A stretch of 64,000 nt of DNA from Eledone cirrhosa (taxonomy: Eukaryota), in contig OZ024748.1 of NCBI GenBank assembly GCA_964016885.1, positions 3,534,001 through 3,598,000 on the forward strand, in the 5' to 3' direction. The position numbers and the translations under genes are program-made. Below, one piece after another: positions 13,350 to 27,558 of the stretch; position 1 is the first letter of the stretch, and each line of letters opens with the position of its first letter. The notes beneath the pieces are model-generated. The model was not told where the DNA came from. It was given only the letters and a program-made list of their open reading frames with translations, and did not search any database.

Positions 13350-13780
13350 TACCATCAACAACAACAACAACACCAACACTACCAACAACAACAACATCAA
13401 CAACAATAATATTAACACCAACACTAAAATCACTGACACCACCACCACCACTACCACCACCACCACCACTACCACCACCACCACCACCACCACCACTACT
13501 ACCACCACCACCACCACCACCACCACTATCACCACCACCACCACCACTACCACTACCACCACCACTACCACCACCACAACCACCACCACTACCACAACCA
13601 CCACCACCACTACCACTACCACCACCACTACCACCACCACTACCACCACCACCACCACCACTACCACCACCACCACCACCACCACTACCACCACCACCAC
13701 TACTACCACCACCACCACTACCACTACCACCACTACCACCACCACCACCACACCACCACCACTACCACCACCACTACCAA
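13350..13780. repeat. (ACC/ACT)n trinucleotide tract
   Basis: Direct inspection; explains the poly-P/V ORFs. Confidence 0.95.
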
Positions 13781-13881
13781 TAACAACAGTAAAATAAACC
13801 AAAATATTTTAGCAATATTCTGGTGAAGTTCTTTATTAACATTGTATTGCAAGATGTATAAGAGTTGGAGGGGGGAGTGAG

Positions 13882-13912
<31 letters not shown>

Positions 13913-14009
13913 GTGTGTGTGTGTGTGAGAGAGAGAGGGGCGGAGACAGAGAGAGAAATATAAAGAGAAAGATATAGATAGATAGAGAAATAAAGACAGT
14001 GTGAGGGAG

Positions 14010-14050
<41 letters not shown>

Positions 14051-14599
14051 CATATATATATAAAGTGAGAGAGAAAGAAAGATAGAAAGTGAGAGAGAGA
14101 CTTCATATTTGACATTCCAATTGAAAGTCATTAATGGATTTAAATTCTAATTAGAGAGAAGTGCTCAGGAAAATTGATTTTTTATTCGCTTTTTTTTTCT
14201 GTTGGTACTAAACGACATTATTTGCAGTAAAGGGTTAAAGTAGACTGAATTAAACCTCTTCTCCCTCAGTCTATAACTGGTACTTATAATATTGCCACCC
14301 CAGCATGCATGGGTGTGGTAAAAAGACTTGATATTGAAACAGGAGAAAGACCATCTTAGCTTGTTAGCTGAAAGGCTGAGATGCACGGATCAGAATAAGT
14401 CAATTGAGAACTACATTATTCTGTGTCTTTTGTGAACAGAACTGACTTGGAGGGGTTTGTTATTCAATGACAATAAGGAGATGGCCTCTAGAAAACCATT
14501 CCTCTAGACAATTTGGTGACTCAAGTCCTAAATCAAAAGAAAGAAATATCTATGAGATCAAAAGGTCAGCATATGTGGTGACAATGATTTATTTTGTGA

Positions 14600-14805
14600 A
14601 AAGGGGAACAAAGGTTGAAATCTTTATGCTTAGATTTGCTAACATCCATGAGCTCAGTTGGTCTTGCATATCCAGCTGGATCAACTGGAGAAGGTTGCTT
14701 CTGACAGAACCATAAAAAAAAACCTTGTCAGAGGACTCTACTTCCACAACCCTCTCAGGAATAATTGGACAAAGAAGTAGAAGGCAGAAAAGAAGAAGAA
14801 GAAAA
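14600..14805 (+). mobile_element. RTE-like LINE 3' end with (AAG)n tail
   Basis: Similar to 41671-41850 and 59215-59385; ends CCCTCTCAGGAATAA..AAGAAG. Confidence 0.6.
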
Positions 14806-15207
14806 AGAATACCTTTAGTACATTTGCTGTTACCATTTGTTTTGTTCTGTTCTCTTGCATACAATGTGTGGAGTGTATCATAGCAAGATTGGATTACAAT
14901 ATCAACAGCCACTTCCAGATGAGAGTGGCTGTCTTACTATGATGTTTTGATTGCTTATCAAACAGTCTAAGGATATTTTTATACACATTTGTCTTCAGGG
15001 AACTATCTCATGTGTCCACTTGTTTCATCAAGTAGCACTCTGGTAGATTATACAGCAACACACATACACTTATGTATATATGTGTGGATATATATATATA
15101 TATATATATATGAGTGTATGTATACCTTCATATATATATATATAGATAGATATAGATATATATACATACATACACATATATATATGTATTATATATATAT
15201 ATATATT

Positions 15208-15438
15208 CTAGGGCGGGTAAAATTCCCGAGATCCATGGACGAGTTCTCTCCAGCGGTCTCTGTCCCTCATTATCGCTGCCATATCCTGCATCTCCAACAG
15301 ACCAGTGTCTGTCCTTAGGGCATCAACATACGTTAACCTTGGTCTTCCTTTTCCAGTGTGTCCATGTAGGGGCTCCCACAGGAGCACTGAGTGCAATGTC
15401 AACTCTGGATGTCGGTGAGCATGTCCAGCTAACCTCAG

Positions 15439-15440
<2 letters not shown>
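15208..15440 (-). mobile_element. 5'-truncated RTE-clade LINE (C-terminal ORF fragment)
   Basis: RLRLAGHAHRHPELTLHSVLLWEPLHGHTGKGRPRLTYVDALRTDTG...RDRDRWR; stop codon runs directly into (TA)n. Confidence 0.88.
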
Positions 15441-15510
<70 letters not shown>

Positions 15511-15513
<3 letters not shown>

Positions 15514-15755
15514 CAGTATATATCAGGTTCATAATGTGTGGTGACAGTCAAGTTTGCAATTTTCAACTGTTGAAAATTGCAAACTTGACTGTCACCACAG
15601 AATATGAACCTGAAGATTGTGAAAGCATGAAAGTACTTGTTCAATTAACACTTAACATTTAATATTCTACCATACTATTTCATTCTAATACCATTATATA
15701 TTTTAAAGGATTGTAAATAAAACGAGTAAATCAGACAAAGTTGGAATTCCTCTTA

Positions 15756-15760
<5 letters not shown>
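15511..15760 (+). mobile_element. Fold-back Penelope-like micro-element in (TA)n
   Basis: Palindrome 15523-15613 (45-bp arms, 2 mismatches, 1-nt centre) followed by a hammerhead; same family as 16305-16640. Confidence 0.8.
15605..15643 (+). ncRNA. Minimal type I hammerhead ribozyme motif
   Basis: TGAAC-CTGAAGA-TTGT GAAA GCAT-GAAA-GTAC-TT-GTTCA; stem I TGAAC/GTTCA, GNRA loop II, palindromic AAGTACTT in place of helix III. Confidence 0.75.
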
Positions 15761-15804
<44 letters not shown>

Positions 15805-15949
15805 ATATGTATACATGTGAGCGTATGTGTATATGTATATATGTGTGCATATATATATATGTGTATATACACGTGTATATGTATATATGTGTGTATAAGT
15901 ATGTATGTGTGTATATGTGTAAATGTATTATGTATATATGTATTATATA

Positions 15950-16001
<52 letters not shown>

Positions 16002-16042
16002 AAGTTTTATTTAAATTGTTGGGTTAACAACGAGTAAATATT

Positions 16043-16073
<31 letters not shown>

Positions 16074-16183
16074 ATTTATATATGTATATATGTTTAGTTT
16101 AAAACCCAGTATTTCATATTTGTTATGTATAGTGGAAACAATACTAAACATATATAATATATATATATATATTATATATATAT

Positions 16184-16640
<457 letters not shown>

Positions 16641-16771
16641 TATTTATATATATATATATTGTGGTTGTGATAATAATAGTGTATATTATCTAAAATAGCC
16701 ATGTTATATGAAACTGAAGAATAATCTCGAATGTTGTAGAATAAAGGATGGAAATCGATTGGGCTAAAAAA

Positions 16772-16803
16772 ATACTACTACTACTACTACTAGTAGTACT
16801 ACC

Positions 16804-16889
<86 letters not shown>

Positions 16890-17105
16890 CAATAATAGTA
16901 ATAATAATTTAAATATTAATAAAAACATTTCAAACAAAGAATATTTTTGCTAATTATGAAACAAAATATAGCAAAACGAAAATAAAGATGAACAACAACA
17001 ACAACAACAACAATAAAAACAACTACAATAATAACAGCAACAACAACAACAATAACAGCAACAATAACAACAACAATAATAATAATAGAAATAATAATAA
17101 TAATG
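16772..17105. repeat. (TAC)n/(AAT)n/(AAC)n microsatellites
   Basis: Direct inspection. Confidence 0.9.
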
Positions 17106-18074
17106 AGAAAGCGTAAGAGAACATTTATGAAGCGACTATGAATATGGAGTGTTGTCTGTGAATTAGAGAAATATAAATGGATGATTCATAGGCCAATCAG
17201 GACAATGATAATGATAGTGGTGGTGGTGGTGTTTGTGGTGGTGATAGGGGGAATAGTGTTGGTGATGGTGGTGTTGGTGGTGGTGATGGTGGTGGTGGTG
17301 GTGATGGTGGTGGTGGTGGTGGTTGATGATGCTGTTGTTGGTACTGGTGGTCTTAGTTGTGACAGCAGAGGTCTAGGTTGTGGTGGCTGTTGCATTTTTC
17401 TGTTGTTGTTGAAGGTGGTGATGATGATGGTGGTAGTTGCAACAGTGATTTTAGAGTTAATGATGATGGTGATGATGATGTTGATAATACTGTTACTGAT
17501 GATGATGATGATAGTAGAGGTTGTGATAGAAAGAGAGGGCTAATTAATAACAACTTTGTACAGCAGAGAAAACATACATATTCAGAAAGTTTAAAATTCC
17601 GGTAACTACTTAAATATCATTGTGAATTTCTTCAATAGCTGCCCACAGTTCAAAAAGTTCCTTCTATCACACTGGAAAAATTTGCCTACACCAGGTTAAG
17701 TGTTGAACCAGCGTTCAATTGATACTCTCATTATATATCTCTATATAAACAAGATATTACACATGAAGCATCTTTGGAACTTCAAAAACCTTTTGAAATA
17801 GATTAAAACTTTTTAGTCTCACATATTATTTCCCACCTATCTCAACAGACACAAAAATATGTAAACAATTACATCACATATGTCTATTATATAAACTAAA
17901 TTTGAGTAATATACAAACTGTTGTGGCTCTTCCCCCTCATTCATAGATTTTCTATTGTGAGTAGCTATTTTGATCTTATCTTTTAACTAATGCTAAAGGG
18001 TTAAAGACTGCAAGGCCACAAAGATTCCTTCGTCTGCTTTGATGATAGGCTTCAATCTTTTCCTTTGTTGATGT

Positions 18075-18298
18075 TGTTGTTGTTTAATCCTAACCTAGTC
18101 CTGACTAAATATATCTATAATCAAGGGTGTTCCAACCATGACCATCATGTCTTACTTATTTTTTAATCTTCAGATCATTGTGTATATCCAGTATCTTCTA
18201 TACTCCTTTTTTCTTTTCAAGACAGTACAGTGTAATTTGAGGAAGACTTGGCTGTTCTTTCTAGCAGCAGTGATCAGCCATGTAGAGGTTCCCTCATT
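18075..18298. mobile_element. Interspersed repeat of uncertain class
   Basis: TTGGCTGTTCTTTCTAGCAG motif is the reverse complement of CTAGAAATAGCAGC seen in several copies at 36640-37390. Confidence 0.5.
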
Positions 18299-18452
18299 AA
18301 CCTGGTGACCAGAATATGAAAGTAATACAGTTAAAAATGTCACCTGCGTCTCTATAAAAAGTTAATTATTATATTACAAAAATTGTTCACCTTTCTGATA
18401 AGAAAATTAATTTCCATCAAAAGAACAGATGATCAATCTCAACACTGTTGTA

Positions 18453-18920
18453 TGGTGGTGGTGGTGGTGGTGGTGGTGGTGGTGGTGGTGGTGGTGGTGG
18501 TGGTGGTGGTGGTGGTGGTGGTGGTGGTGGTGGTGTAATGGTGTTGGTGGTGGTGGTGGTGGTGGTGGTGGTGTAATGGTGTTGGTGGTGGTGGTGGTGG
18601 TGGTGGTGGTGGTGGTGGTGGTGTAATGGTATTGGTGGTGGTGGTGGTGTAATGGTAGTGGTGGTGGTGGTGGTGGTGGTGTAATGATATTGGTGGTGGG
18701 GTGGTGGTGGTGGTGGTGTAATGGTGGTGGTGGTGTAATGGTGTTGGTGGTGGTGGTGTTGGTGGTGGTGTGGTGATGATGGTGTTGTTGATGGTGGCTG
18801 TGGTGGTGGTGTAATGGTGTAATGGTGATGGTGGCAGTGGTGGCTGTGGTGGTGGTGTAATGGTGTAATGGTGATGGTGGCAGTGGTGGCTGTGGTGGTG
18901 GTGTAATGGTGGCGGTGGCG
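18453..18920. repeat. (GGT)n tract
   Basis: Direct inspection. Confidence 0.95.
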
Positions 18921-20443
18921 TTCTTGCTGTTGGTCATACTGGTAATGGTGGCGCTGTTGTTGATGTCACCAGTGTACCTCTCCCACCCCACTCCACCAAT
19001 ATACCCCTACCCCACTCCACCAATATACACCCACCCACCACTCTACCCCACCAACACCACCACCATACCCACATGCCCCCACCCCACCACCAATGCACCT
19101 CACCCCCACCCCCAATACACCCCAGTCCACCTCCTCACCACACCCTCACCACACACACCACACCACACCACCATATCCTCACCCTTCCACCCTCCACCAA
19201 GACAACCCCATCCCACCACCATACCCCCACCCCCACCCGCCACCAAGACACCCCCACACTCACACCCCACCACCACATCCCCGCCCCCTCCACAAATACA
19301 CCCTACCCCACCCCACAATCCATATTCCCTCCCAAATGTCTCTATACATATTAAGACACATTTTCTATATTATTTCTATATTTATTTTTTATTGATAAAT
19401 TTATTCTTAGAATCGATCTATAATCAATAACTGAAAGATAGGTAGGTTATATTTTGTATTGATCTGCTGGCTTGGTTGTCTTTGTTTTTATTGGGAAAGT
19501 ATTCACACACACACAAACACACACACACACACATACAGAGACACACACAATCACACATACATACATACACACACACATACACATAGAGACACACATACAC
19601 AGACACACACGCACACACAGAGACACACACATAGAGACACACAAACAGACAAACACACACACACACACACAGAGACACACAGACACACACACACATAGAG
19701 ACACACATACAGAGACACACACACACACAGACACATACACACACACATAGAGACACACATACAGACACACACACAGACACAGAGACACATACAGACACAC
19801 ATACACACACACACAGACACAGAGACACATACAGACACATACACACACACATAGAGACACACATACAGACACACACACAGACACAGAGACACATACACAC
19901 ACAGTCACACAGACACATACACACACAGTCACACAGACACACAGACACACACAGACACACAGACACAATCACAAAGAGACACACACACACAATCACACAT
20001 ACAGAGACACACATACACAATCACACAAACACACACACACACACACACCTACACACCTACACACCTACACACCTACACACACACACCTACACACACACAC
20101 ACAAGAACATACCCCCCCCCCCCCCCCCAATATATGTAACATACTAAAGGTAAAAGAAAGTATATTTTATCTGCTACTATTTCATAGCAACTAATACTGG
20201 CTGGGAATAGCTGTGTAATTCTGATGTATGTGATTAGTAAAATTTAGAAATTATTTTATTCTGGTCATTATTCCATACTAAATATATTGGTAGAGTGTCA
20301 GACAAGATGTTTTGTGGCATAGAGTTATGGCTCTTTATGTTATGAGATCACATTTTTTCATCTTTACAGGAGTTGATATAATAAAGTACCTGTAATACAC
20401 TGGAGTAAATTTATGCCAAAAAGTAGAAACAATTATTATTGCC

Positions 20444-21498
20444 AGTAGAAGGAAGACGCAGTAGAGGAAGACACGAAAAAGATGGGCGGAGGTGGTGAGA
20501 GCTGACCTCAGATTGCTGAAGCTCATAGAGGAGATGACGAAGGACCGTGACAAGTGGAGAGGTGCTGTGCTGAATAGGACCTGTCCCACCCTTGCACAGG
20601 ACCGTGACAAGTGAAGGGATGCTGTCCTGAATAGGACCTGTCCCACCCTTGCACAGGACCGTGACAAGTGAAGGGATGCTGTGCTGAATAGGACCTGTCC
20701 CACCATTGCACAGGACCGTGACAAGTGGAGAGATGCTGTGCTGAATAGGACCTGTCCCACCATTGCACAGGACCGTGACAAGTGGAGGGATGCTGTGCTG
20801 AATAGGACCTGTCCCACCATTGCACAGGACCGTGACAAGTGAAGGGATGCTGTGCTGAATAGGACCTGTCCCACCATTGCACAGGACCGTGACAAGTGAA
20901 GGGATGCTGTGCTGAATAGGACCTGTCCCACCATTGCACAGGACCGTGACAAGTGAAGGGATGCTGTGCTGAATAGGACCTGTCCCACCCTTGCACAGGA
21001 CCGTGACAAGTGAAGGGATGCTGTCCTGAATAGGACCTGTCCCACCCTTGCACAGGACTGTGACAAGTGAAGGGATGCTGTGCTGAATAGGACCTGTCCC
21101 ACCATTGCACAGGACCGTGACAAGTGGAGAGATGCTGTGCTGAATAGGACCTGTCCCACCATTGCACAGGACCGTGACAAGTGAAGGAATGCTGTGCTGA
21201 ATAGGACCTGTCCCACCCTTGCACAGGACCGTGACAAGTGAAGGGATGCTGTGCTGAATAGGACCTGTCCCACCCTTGCACAGGACCGTGACAAGTGAAG
21301 GGATGCTGTCCTGAATAGGACCTGTCCCACCCTTGCACAGGACTGTGACAAGTGAAGGGATGCTGTGCTGAATAGGACCTGTCCCACCATTGCACAGGAC
21401 CGTGACAAGTGGAGAGGTGCTGTGCTGAATAGGACCTGTCCCACCCTTGCAAGCAGGGAAAAGTGGACGTAAAATGATGATGATGATGATGATGATAA
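20444..21498 (+). mobile_element. RTE-clade LINE 3' end with internally amplified segment and (ATG)n tail
   Basis: Encodes (with a frameshift) VEGRRSRGR..KRWAEVVRADLRLLKLIEEMTKDRDKWRGAVL; ends CCCTTGCAAGCAGGGAAAAGTGGACGTAAAATGATGATG, also seen at 6165-6215 and 39485-39520. Confidence 0.85.
20541..21450. repeat. 57-bp minisatellite (16 copies) inside the LINE 3' end
   Basis: Unit CAGGACCGTGACAAGTGAAGGGATGCTGTGCTGAATAGGACCTGTCCCACC(C/A)TTGCA. Confidence 0.97.
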
Positions 21499-21499
21499 T

Positions 21500-21965
21500 G
21501 TGGGTAGATTGGCAAAATTGGTAGAAGGTCGGATAACATGCTTTGTGGCATAGTGTTATGGCCCTTTATGTTCTGAGTTCAAATCCTTTCATCTTTAGAG
21601 GGGTCGATAAAATATAAAGTACCAGTAATACACTGGGGTAGATTTATGCCAAAAACGTAGAAACAATTCATCATTATGAAGGTTGTGAATTAGCAGAATT
21701 GGTAGAAGGTCGGATAACATGCTTTGTAGCACAAAGCTATGGCCCTTTACGCTCTGAGTTCAAATCCTACCGAAATTAACTTTGTCTTTGATTCTTAAGG
21801 GGTCGATAAAATAAAGTACCAGTAATGCACTGGGGTAATTGCTGGCCTTGTGCCAAAAGTAGAAACAATTATAAGGTTGGTGGATTGGCAAAATTTGTAA
21901 AGCATCGGGCAATATGGTTTGTGGCATAGAGTTATGTCCCTTTACGTTCTGAGTTCAAATCCTGC
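21500..21965 (+). mobile_element. Three head-to-tail family A SINE copies (third is 3'-truncated)
   Basis: Heads at about 21500, 21678 and 21872, each with GAGTTCAAATCC; core GGGTCGATAAAAT twice. Confidence 0.85.
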
Positions 21966-21982
21966 TGATGAAAGGCTCCACA

Positions 21983-22157
21983 GTGGAATGATAGGGACTG
22001 CAGTCCTATCATCTCATTTCTACAGCTGAGTAAACTGGAGCAATGTGAAATAAAGTGTCTTGCTCAAGGAAACAACACATCACCTGGTCTAAGAATTGAA
22101 CTCACAAGCTTTCGATTGCAAGGCCAATGCTCTAACCACTAAGCCATGTGCCCCCAT
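21983..22157 (-). mobile_element. tRNA-derived SINE, family B
   Basis: Near-identical to 39633-39812 and 61477-61645. Confidence 0.88.
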
Positions 22158-22679
22158 AATACACACACATATATATATATGTGTGTGTGTTATGTGTGTG
22201 TGTGTGAGTATATAATTATTTTTCCATCTATATATCTATGTCTATATATGTATAAGGTTTCTTGAAGTTTCTATGATAATTACTGTGAAATTCAATCTGT
22301 TGGAAGCATGAGTTAGTGTAAGCTGATTAAGATAAAAGTTTCTGTTAAAAGAGAATATACAATTAGTGTTGTATATAGCTGTTATATATGTTGTATATAA
22401 CTGTTATATATGTTGTATATGTTGTATATATAGTTGTTGATGTAAAAAGAATGTATAAGGAGTTTTGTAAACTGCCAACAGAAGCTATGGCTCATGTCTT
22501 ATAGCAATGGGTTAGCTAGCTTCCTTAAATTACATTATGGTATAGGAGAACCGTGTTGAGGAGTGGAGAAATAGACACACATACACACATATATGTATAT
22601 ACACACACACAGTCACATATATATATATATATTTATATATATATATATGTCTATATATATATATATATTTATATATACT

Positions 22680-23094
22680 GATTAATGTTCAGAGCCATCC
22701 TCAGAATTCTCAGGTAGCACCCATCCACCATCTGAGTGAGTTTCTTGGTCAGTGTCCAAGTCTCAGACCCGTACAGCAGCACAGACTCCACTACAGCAAT
22801 GAAGAGGCGGATTTTCAGGTCTTTACAAAGGTCCGACTTCCACACCGATCTCAAGCTGTGGCACGCCACCCAGGCTTTGCTCTTCCTCTCAACCACATCA
22901 TCTTCCGTATTCCCAATCTCCTGTGGCAGCCGCTACATGGACACACTGGAAGAGGAAGACCAAGGTTAATGTATGTTGATGCCCTAAGGACAGACACTGG
23001 TCTGTTGGAGACGCAGGACATGGCAGCGATAATGAGGGACAGAGACCGCTGGAGAGAACTCATCCATGGATCTCGGGAATTTTACCTGCCCTAG
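22680..23094 (+). mobile_element. RTE-clade LINE insertion with 5' inversion
   Basis: 22680-22920 minus: EIGNTEDDVVERKSKAW..LLYGSETWTL..RILRMALNI; 22918-23094 plus: LLWQPLHGHTGRGRP..RDRDRWR..stop; (TA)n on both sides. Confidence 0.9.
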
Positions 23095-23789
23095 ATAGAT
23101 ATATATATATATATATACATATATATATGTGGAAGATGGATGTTAAACGATGATGATGATGATGATGATGATGATGATATATATATATGGTGGTGGTAGT
23201 GGTGGTGGTGGTGGTGGTGGTGGTTATGATGGTGGTGGTGGTGGTGGAGGTGGTGATGATGATGGTGGTGGTGGTGGTGGTGGTGGTGATGATGATAGTG
23301 GTGGTAGTGGTGGTGGTGGTGGTGGTGATGATGATGTTGGTGGTGGTGGTGGTGGTGGTGGTGGTGGTGGTGGTGGTGGTGATGATTGTGATGATGATGA
23401 TGATGATGAGGAGGGGGGGGGGGGGGTTTACATTATTCATTGGAATGTAAAAAAAGCAAAGAATTATTGTTATATATGTTTTTTTTCTTTAAAGATCTAG
23501 AACATTCTTTTATTTTTCTTCAGGTTTTCTTCAAAATTGTCTTTAAATTATTCTGTAGACAGAAAATATATAAATACATGAGTACTAATGAAACTATGTT
23601 GTCAATGTCTATAGATTAAAAAGAAAAAAAGAAAACATTGCAATTTTTCTATTGGAATATGTCATATTTGTGCATTTTATTGAAATACATAAATATCCTC
23701 TTATTGAAAAAAATGTTTAAATGTATCTAAAATGTTCTTATTGAAATATATATACTATATTTTCTCAATGAAATAAATATTCAATATAT

Positions 23790-24205
23790 GCTCACAGAAT
23801 TACATATATGATATCTATATCATATATTGTATATGTTCTCATTGGGATAAATATCCTTCATCCTTTTGCTAAAATACATATGTGATATCTATATTATATA
23901 ATATATATTTTTATCTAAATAAATATCCTTCATCCTTTTGCTAAAATACATATGCGATATCTATATTATATAGTATATATTTTTATCTAACTAAATATCC
24001 TTTATCATTTCACTATAACACATATGATATTGATATAGTATAGTGTATATTTTCTCATTGGAATAAATATCCTTTAAGGTTTCACTAAAATACATATATG
24101 GTATCAATATTATTTAGTATATATTTATATTTTTATCTAATTAAATATCCTTTATCATTTCACTAAAACACATATATGACATCGATATTGAATAATATAT
24201 ATATA
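23790..24205. repeat. Diverged AT-rich ~70-bp tandem repeats (~6)
   Basis: Recurring TAAATATCCTT..CTAAAATACATAT..GATATCTATAT. Confidence 0.7.
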
Positions 24206-24588
24206 TCCTCAGTAAAATATATATATATATACTCTCTTTAAAAGTATCATCATCATGGTTATCAACATTATCATTCAACATCTATTTTACATATTTGTTT
24301 GGCTTGGATGAGTCTTCTCAAAGATGGTATCTCATTACTTGTAACATTCCTTTGTCATCTCCTTTGTCAGGTTTGACCTCCTCAGATGACATTTCATCAC
24401 TTCTACACCATGACTTCCTTAGTCAACCTTAGTCTGACTTTAATCATCCCTGGTCTTACTTAGTCTTCCTTAGTCTTTCTTAGTCTATTTTGTTTTTTTT
24501 AGTGTACCTTAGTCTAAGTCATCTCTGCCTGTCAGAAGAGGAACCATTTAAAAACAACACAGTTCAATGGACAGTCTATTTTATTCAT

Positions 24589-24900
24589 GGCTATACTAAC
24601 ACACCTCAATTGGTATTCTACCAATAGTTATACTAACACACCTCAATTGGTATTCTACCAATAGCTATTCTAACAGTTCAATAGCTATCCTATCCAATAG
24701 CTATCCTATCCAATAGCTATTCTAACAGTTCAATAGCTATCCTATCCAATAGCTATCCTATCCAATAGCTATTCTAACAGTTCAATAGCTATCCTATCCA
24801 ATAGCTATCCTATCCAATAGCTATTCTAACAGTTCAATAGCTATCCTATCCAATAGCTATTCTAACAGTTCAATAGCTATCCTATCCAATAGCTATTCCA
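24589..24900. repeat. Two 37-bp repeats followed by a higher-order array of 20-bp and 16-bp units
   Basis: A=AATAGCTATTCTAACAGTTC, B=AATAGCTATCCTATCC; order ABB ABB ABB AB AB. Confidence 0.9.
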
Positions 24901-25214
24901 ATCTTTATTCTAAATATATGATCACATGTATTATATCATATGTTCTGTGTAAATGGTTTTGCTGTCAGCAATATGGCAACTTATTGTAAAAATAGAAAAA
25001 GTTTTAATTAAAATAATGTAAAATGCAGAGAATAATATTAAGTGAATATGGAAGTTGCTATTAAATGAGACCTGGCATTTCTTTTAGCACAATTGAATTT
25101 TGATAAAAATACAACAAACTAACAAACAAACAAAATATCATTTGAGAGTTTGATGAAGGGAAAGTTGTCTGTTAAATTTAGCAGGCTGAATGGCTCCATG
25201 GAAGTTACCATACT

Positions 25215-25738
25215 GGTTGGATGGTTGAATGGTTGGATGGTTGGTTGGATTGTTGAATGGTTGGATGGTTGGTTGGATTGTTGGATGGTTGGTTAGTTGA
25301 ATGGTTGATTGGTTGGTTGGTTAGTTGGTTGGTTGGTTAGTTGGCTGGTTGGATGGTTGGATGGTTGGTTGGATTGTTGGATGGTTGGTTAGTTGGTTGG
25401 TTAGTTGGCTGGTTGGATGGTTGGATGGTTGGTTGGATGGTTGGATGGTTGAATGGTTGGTTGGATGGTTGGTTGGTTGGCTGGTTGGATGGATGGTTGG
25501 ATGGATGGTTGGTTGGATGGTTGGTTGGATGGTTGGATGGTTGGTTGGTTGAATGGTTGGTTGGATGGTTGGTTGGTTGGCTGGTTGGTTGGATGGTTGG
25601 TTGGATGGATGGTTGGTTGGATGGTTGGTTGGTTAGTTGGCTGGTTGGATGGTTGGATGGATGGTTGGTTGGTTGGTTGGATGGTTGGATGGATGGTTGG
25701 ATGGTTGGATGGATGGTTGGATGGTTGGATGGTTGGCT
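25215..25738. repeat. (TGGT/TGGA)n tetranucleotide tract
   Basis: Direct inspection. Confidence 0.95.
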
Positions 25739-26258
25739 AACTGTCTGGATATCTGGCTGGTGTCTGGCTGATTTGTGCAAGCAAAAGAGATGATATAATA
25801 TGTACTCTCTTCTTCAGATCACATTAGAAATGTTGTTATTTGCTAATACAACACAGGTTCTTTACAAACTATGGCTGGATTACTCTGGAGAGCTTACAGG
25901 CATCTGTAGGAATTGTTCATTAGAAAAATAGAAACATTTTTTTTTTCATTGTCCTTTATTTTATATTCACCGAGATAAGAATGAAGGTAACCGAAAAATA
26001 ATATTTCATGTAAGAATCTCTGAATATTTCGAGATAGGAAAATAGAATCATTCTTATTTATTTATTTATTTTATTTTATTTATTTATTTATTTATTTTAT
26101 TTTATTTATTTATTTGCTGAATGATATATAAAATAAAACAAAAGAAAAACAAACAAAGGAAAATTTTAAAAAAAATGAAATGAAATAAATAAAATTAAAA
26201 ACAGACAAAAGAACATGTAAATCTTAAGAATACATACACACACACACACACACACACA

Positions 26259-26302
<44 letters not shown>

Positions 26303-26485
26303 ACACACACACACACACAGACACACACACAGACACACAGCACACACACAGAGGCACACACACACACACACACTAACAACCAAAGAACAACCAAAGAACC
26401 AAAAAAGAGAAAGAGTAAGAAAGCGAGAGAAAGAGTGAGAGAGAGGGGAGAAAGGGAGAGGTGGAAGGGAGAGAGAGGGAGAGAC

Positions 26486-26522
<37 letters not shown>

Positions 26523-26598
26523 TATTTCTTTATTAGCCACAGGGGCACAAAAGAAGGGGACAAATACAAAGGGGGAAGTTTACATACAATAAAAACGT
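26523..26598 (-). mobile_element. Retroposon 3' end embedded in (GATA)n
   Basis: Minus strand ends GTGGCTAATAAAGAAAT then (ATCT)n; identical over about 74 bp to 43127-43200 and 43336-43410. Confidence 0.8.
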
Positions 26599-26624
26599 AG
26601 ATAGATAGATAGATAGATAGATAG

Positions 26625-26660
26625 AGAGGGGGAGAGAGAGAATGAGAGAGAGAGACAGAC

Positions 26661-26718
<58 letters not shown>

Positions 26719-26723
26719 AAGGG

Positions 26724-26801
<78 letters not shown>

Positions 26802-26815
26802 GAGAGACAGACTGA

Positions 26816-26896
<81 letters not shown>

Positions 26897-26899
26897 AAG

Positions 26900-26954
<55 letters not shown>

Positions 26955-27002
26955 AAGGGAAGAGAGAGAGAGAGAGACTGAAGGGGAGAGAGAGAGAGAG
27001 AG
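26625..27002. repeat. (GA)n polypurine tract punctuated by CTGAAGGG
   Basis: Direct inspection. Confidence 0.95.
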
Positions 27003-27478
27003 AAACAAAAACGAAAACTGCAGATGGATGATTTAAATCAGCTCGCAGATGAAAAGAAAAATCTTTTAGAAGGAAAAGCAGTTTTATGCAAAGCAATTAG
27101 TCAGGAACAAGAAATACCATCAAAAATAATTCATAGAAAGAAATTTAATTATTTGTGTTCAATGTTGCCTAGTGTTGTTGTCAAACCATTTTGTTTTTAT
27201 TATTCTGCTGAAAAATGTCAATACTGTACAGTAGTTCTTGTCTTTACAGAAAAAAAGAGGGAAAAAAAACAAAAAAACTCAAGAAAAAATATGTTAAAAA
27301 ATATAATAAAATTCAAAAACAAAAAAAAAATCCCGTGTAAATATTGATTAAGGCAGACGACTTCTTTGCAAAATTCTCCCCCATATAACAGAATGAAGTG
27401 AATAGAAAACACATACTTGAAATTTCTCGAATTTTAATTATTCAAATTTGCTAGAAATATATAAGTTTTAATATTAAC

Positions 27479-27558
<80 letters not shown>

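Noticed and set aside
20335-21551. 369-aa and 342-aa repeat ORFs on the minus strand
   Set aside because: Antisense translation of a LINE-derived 57-bp array
27024-27347. 107-aa ORF starting MDDLNQLADEKK
   Set aside because: No recognisable homology, purine-rich upstream instead of an acceptor tract, and a poly-A-derived C-terminus
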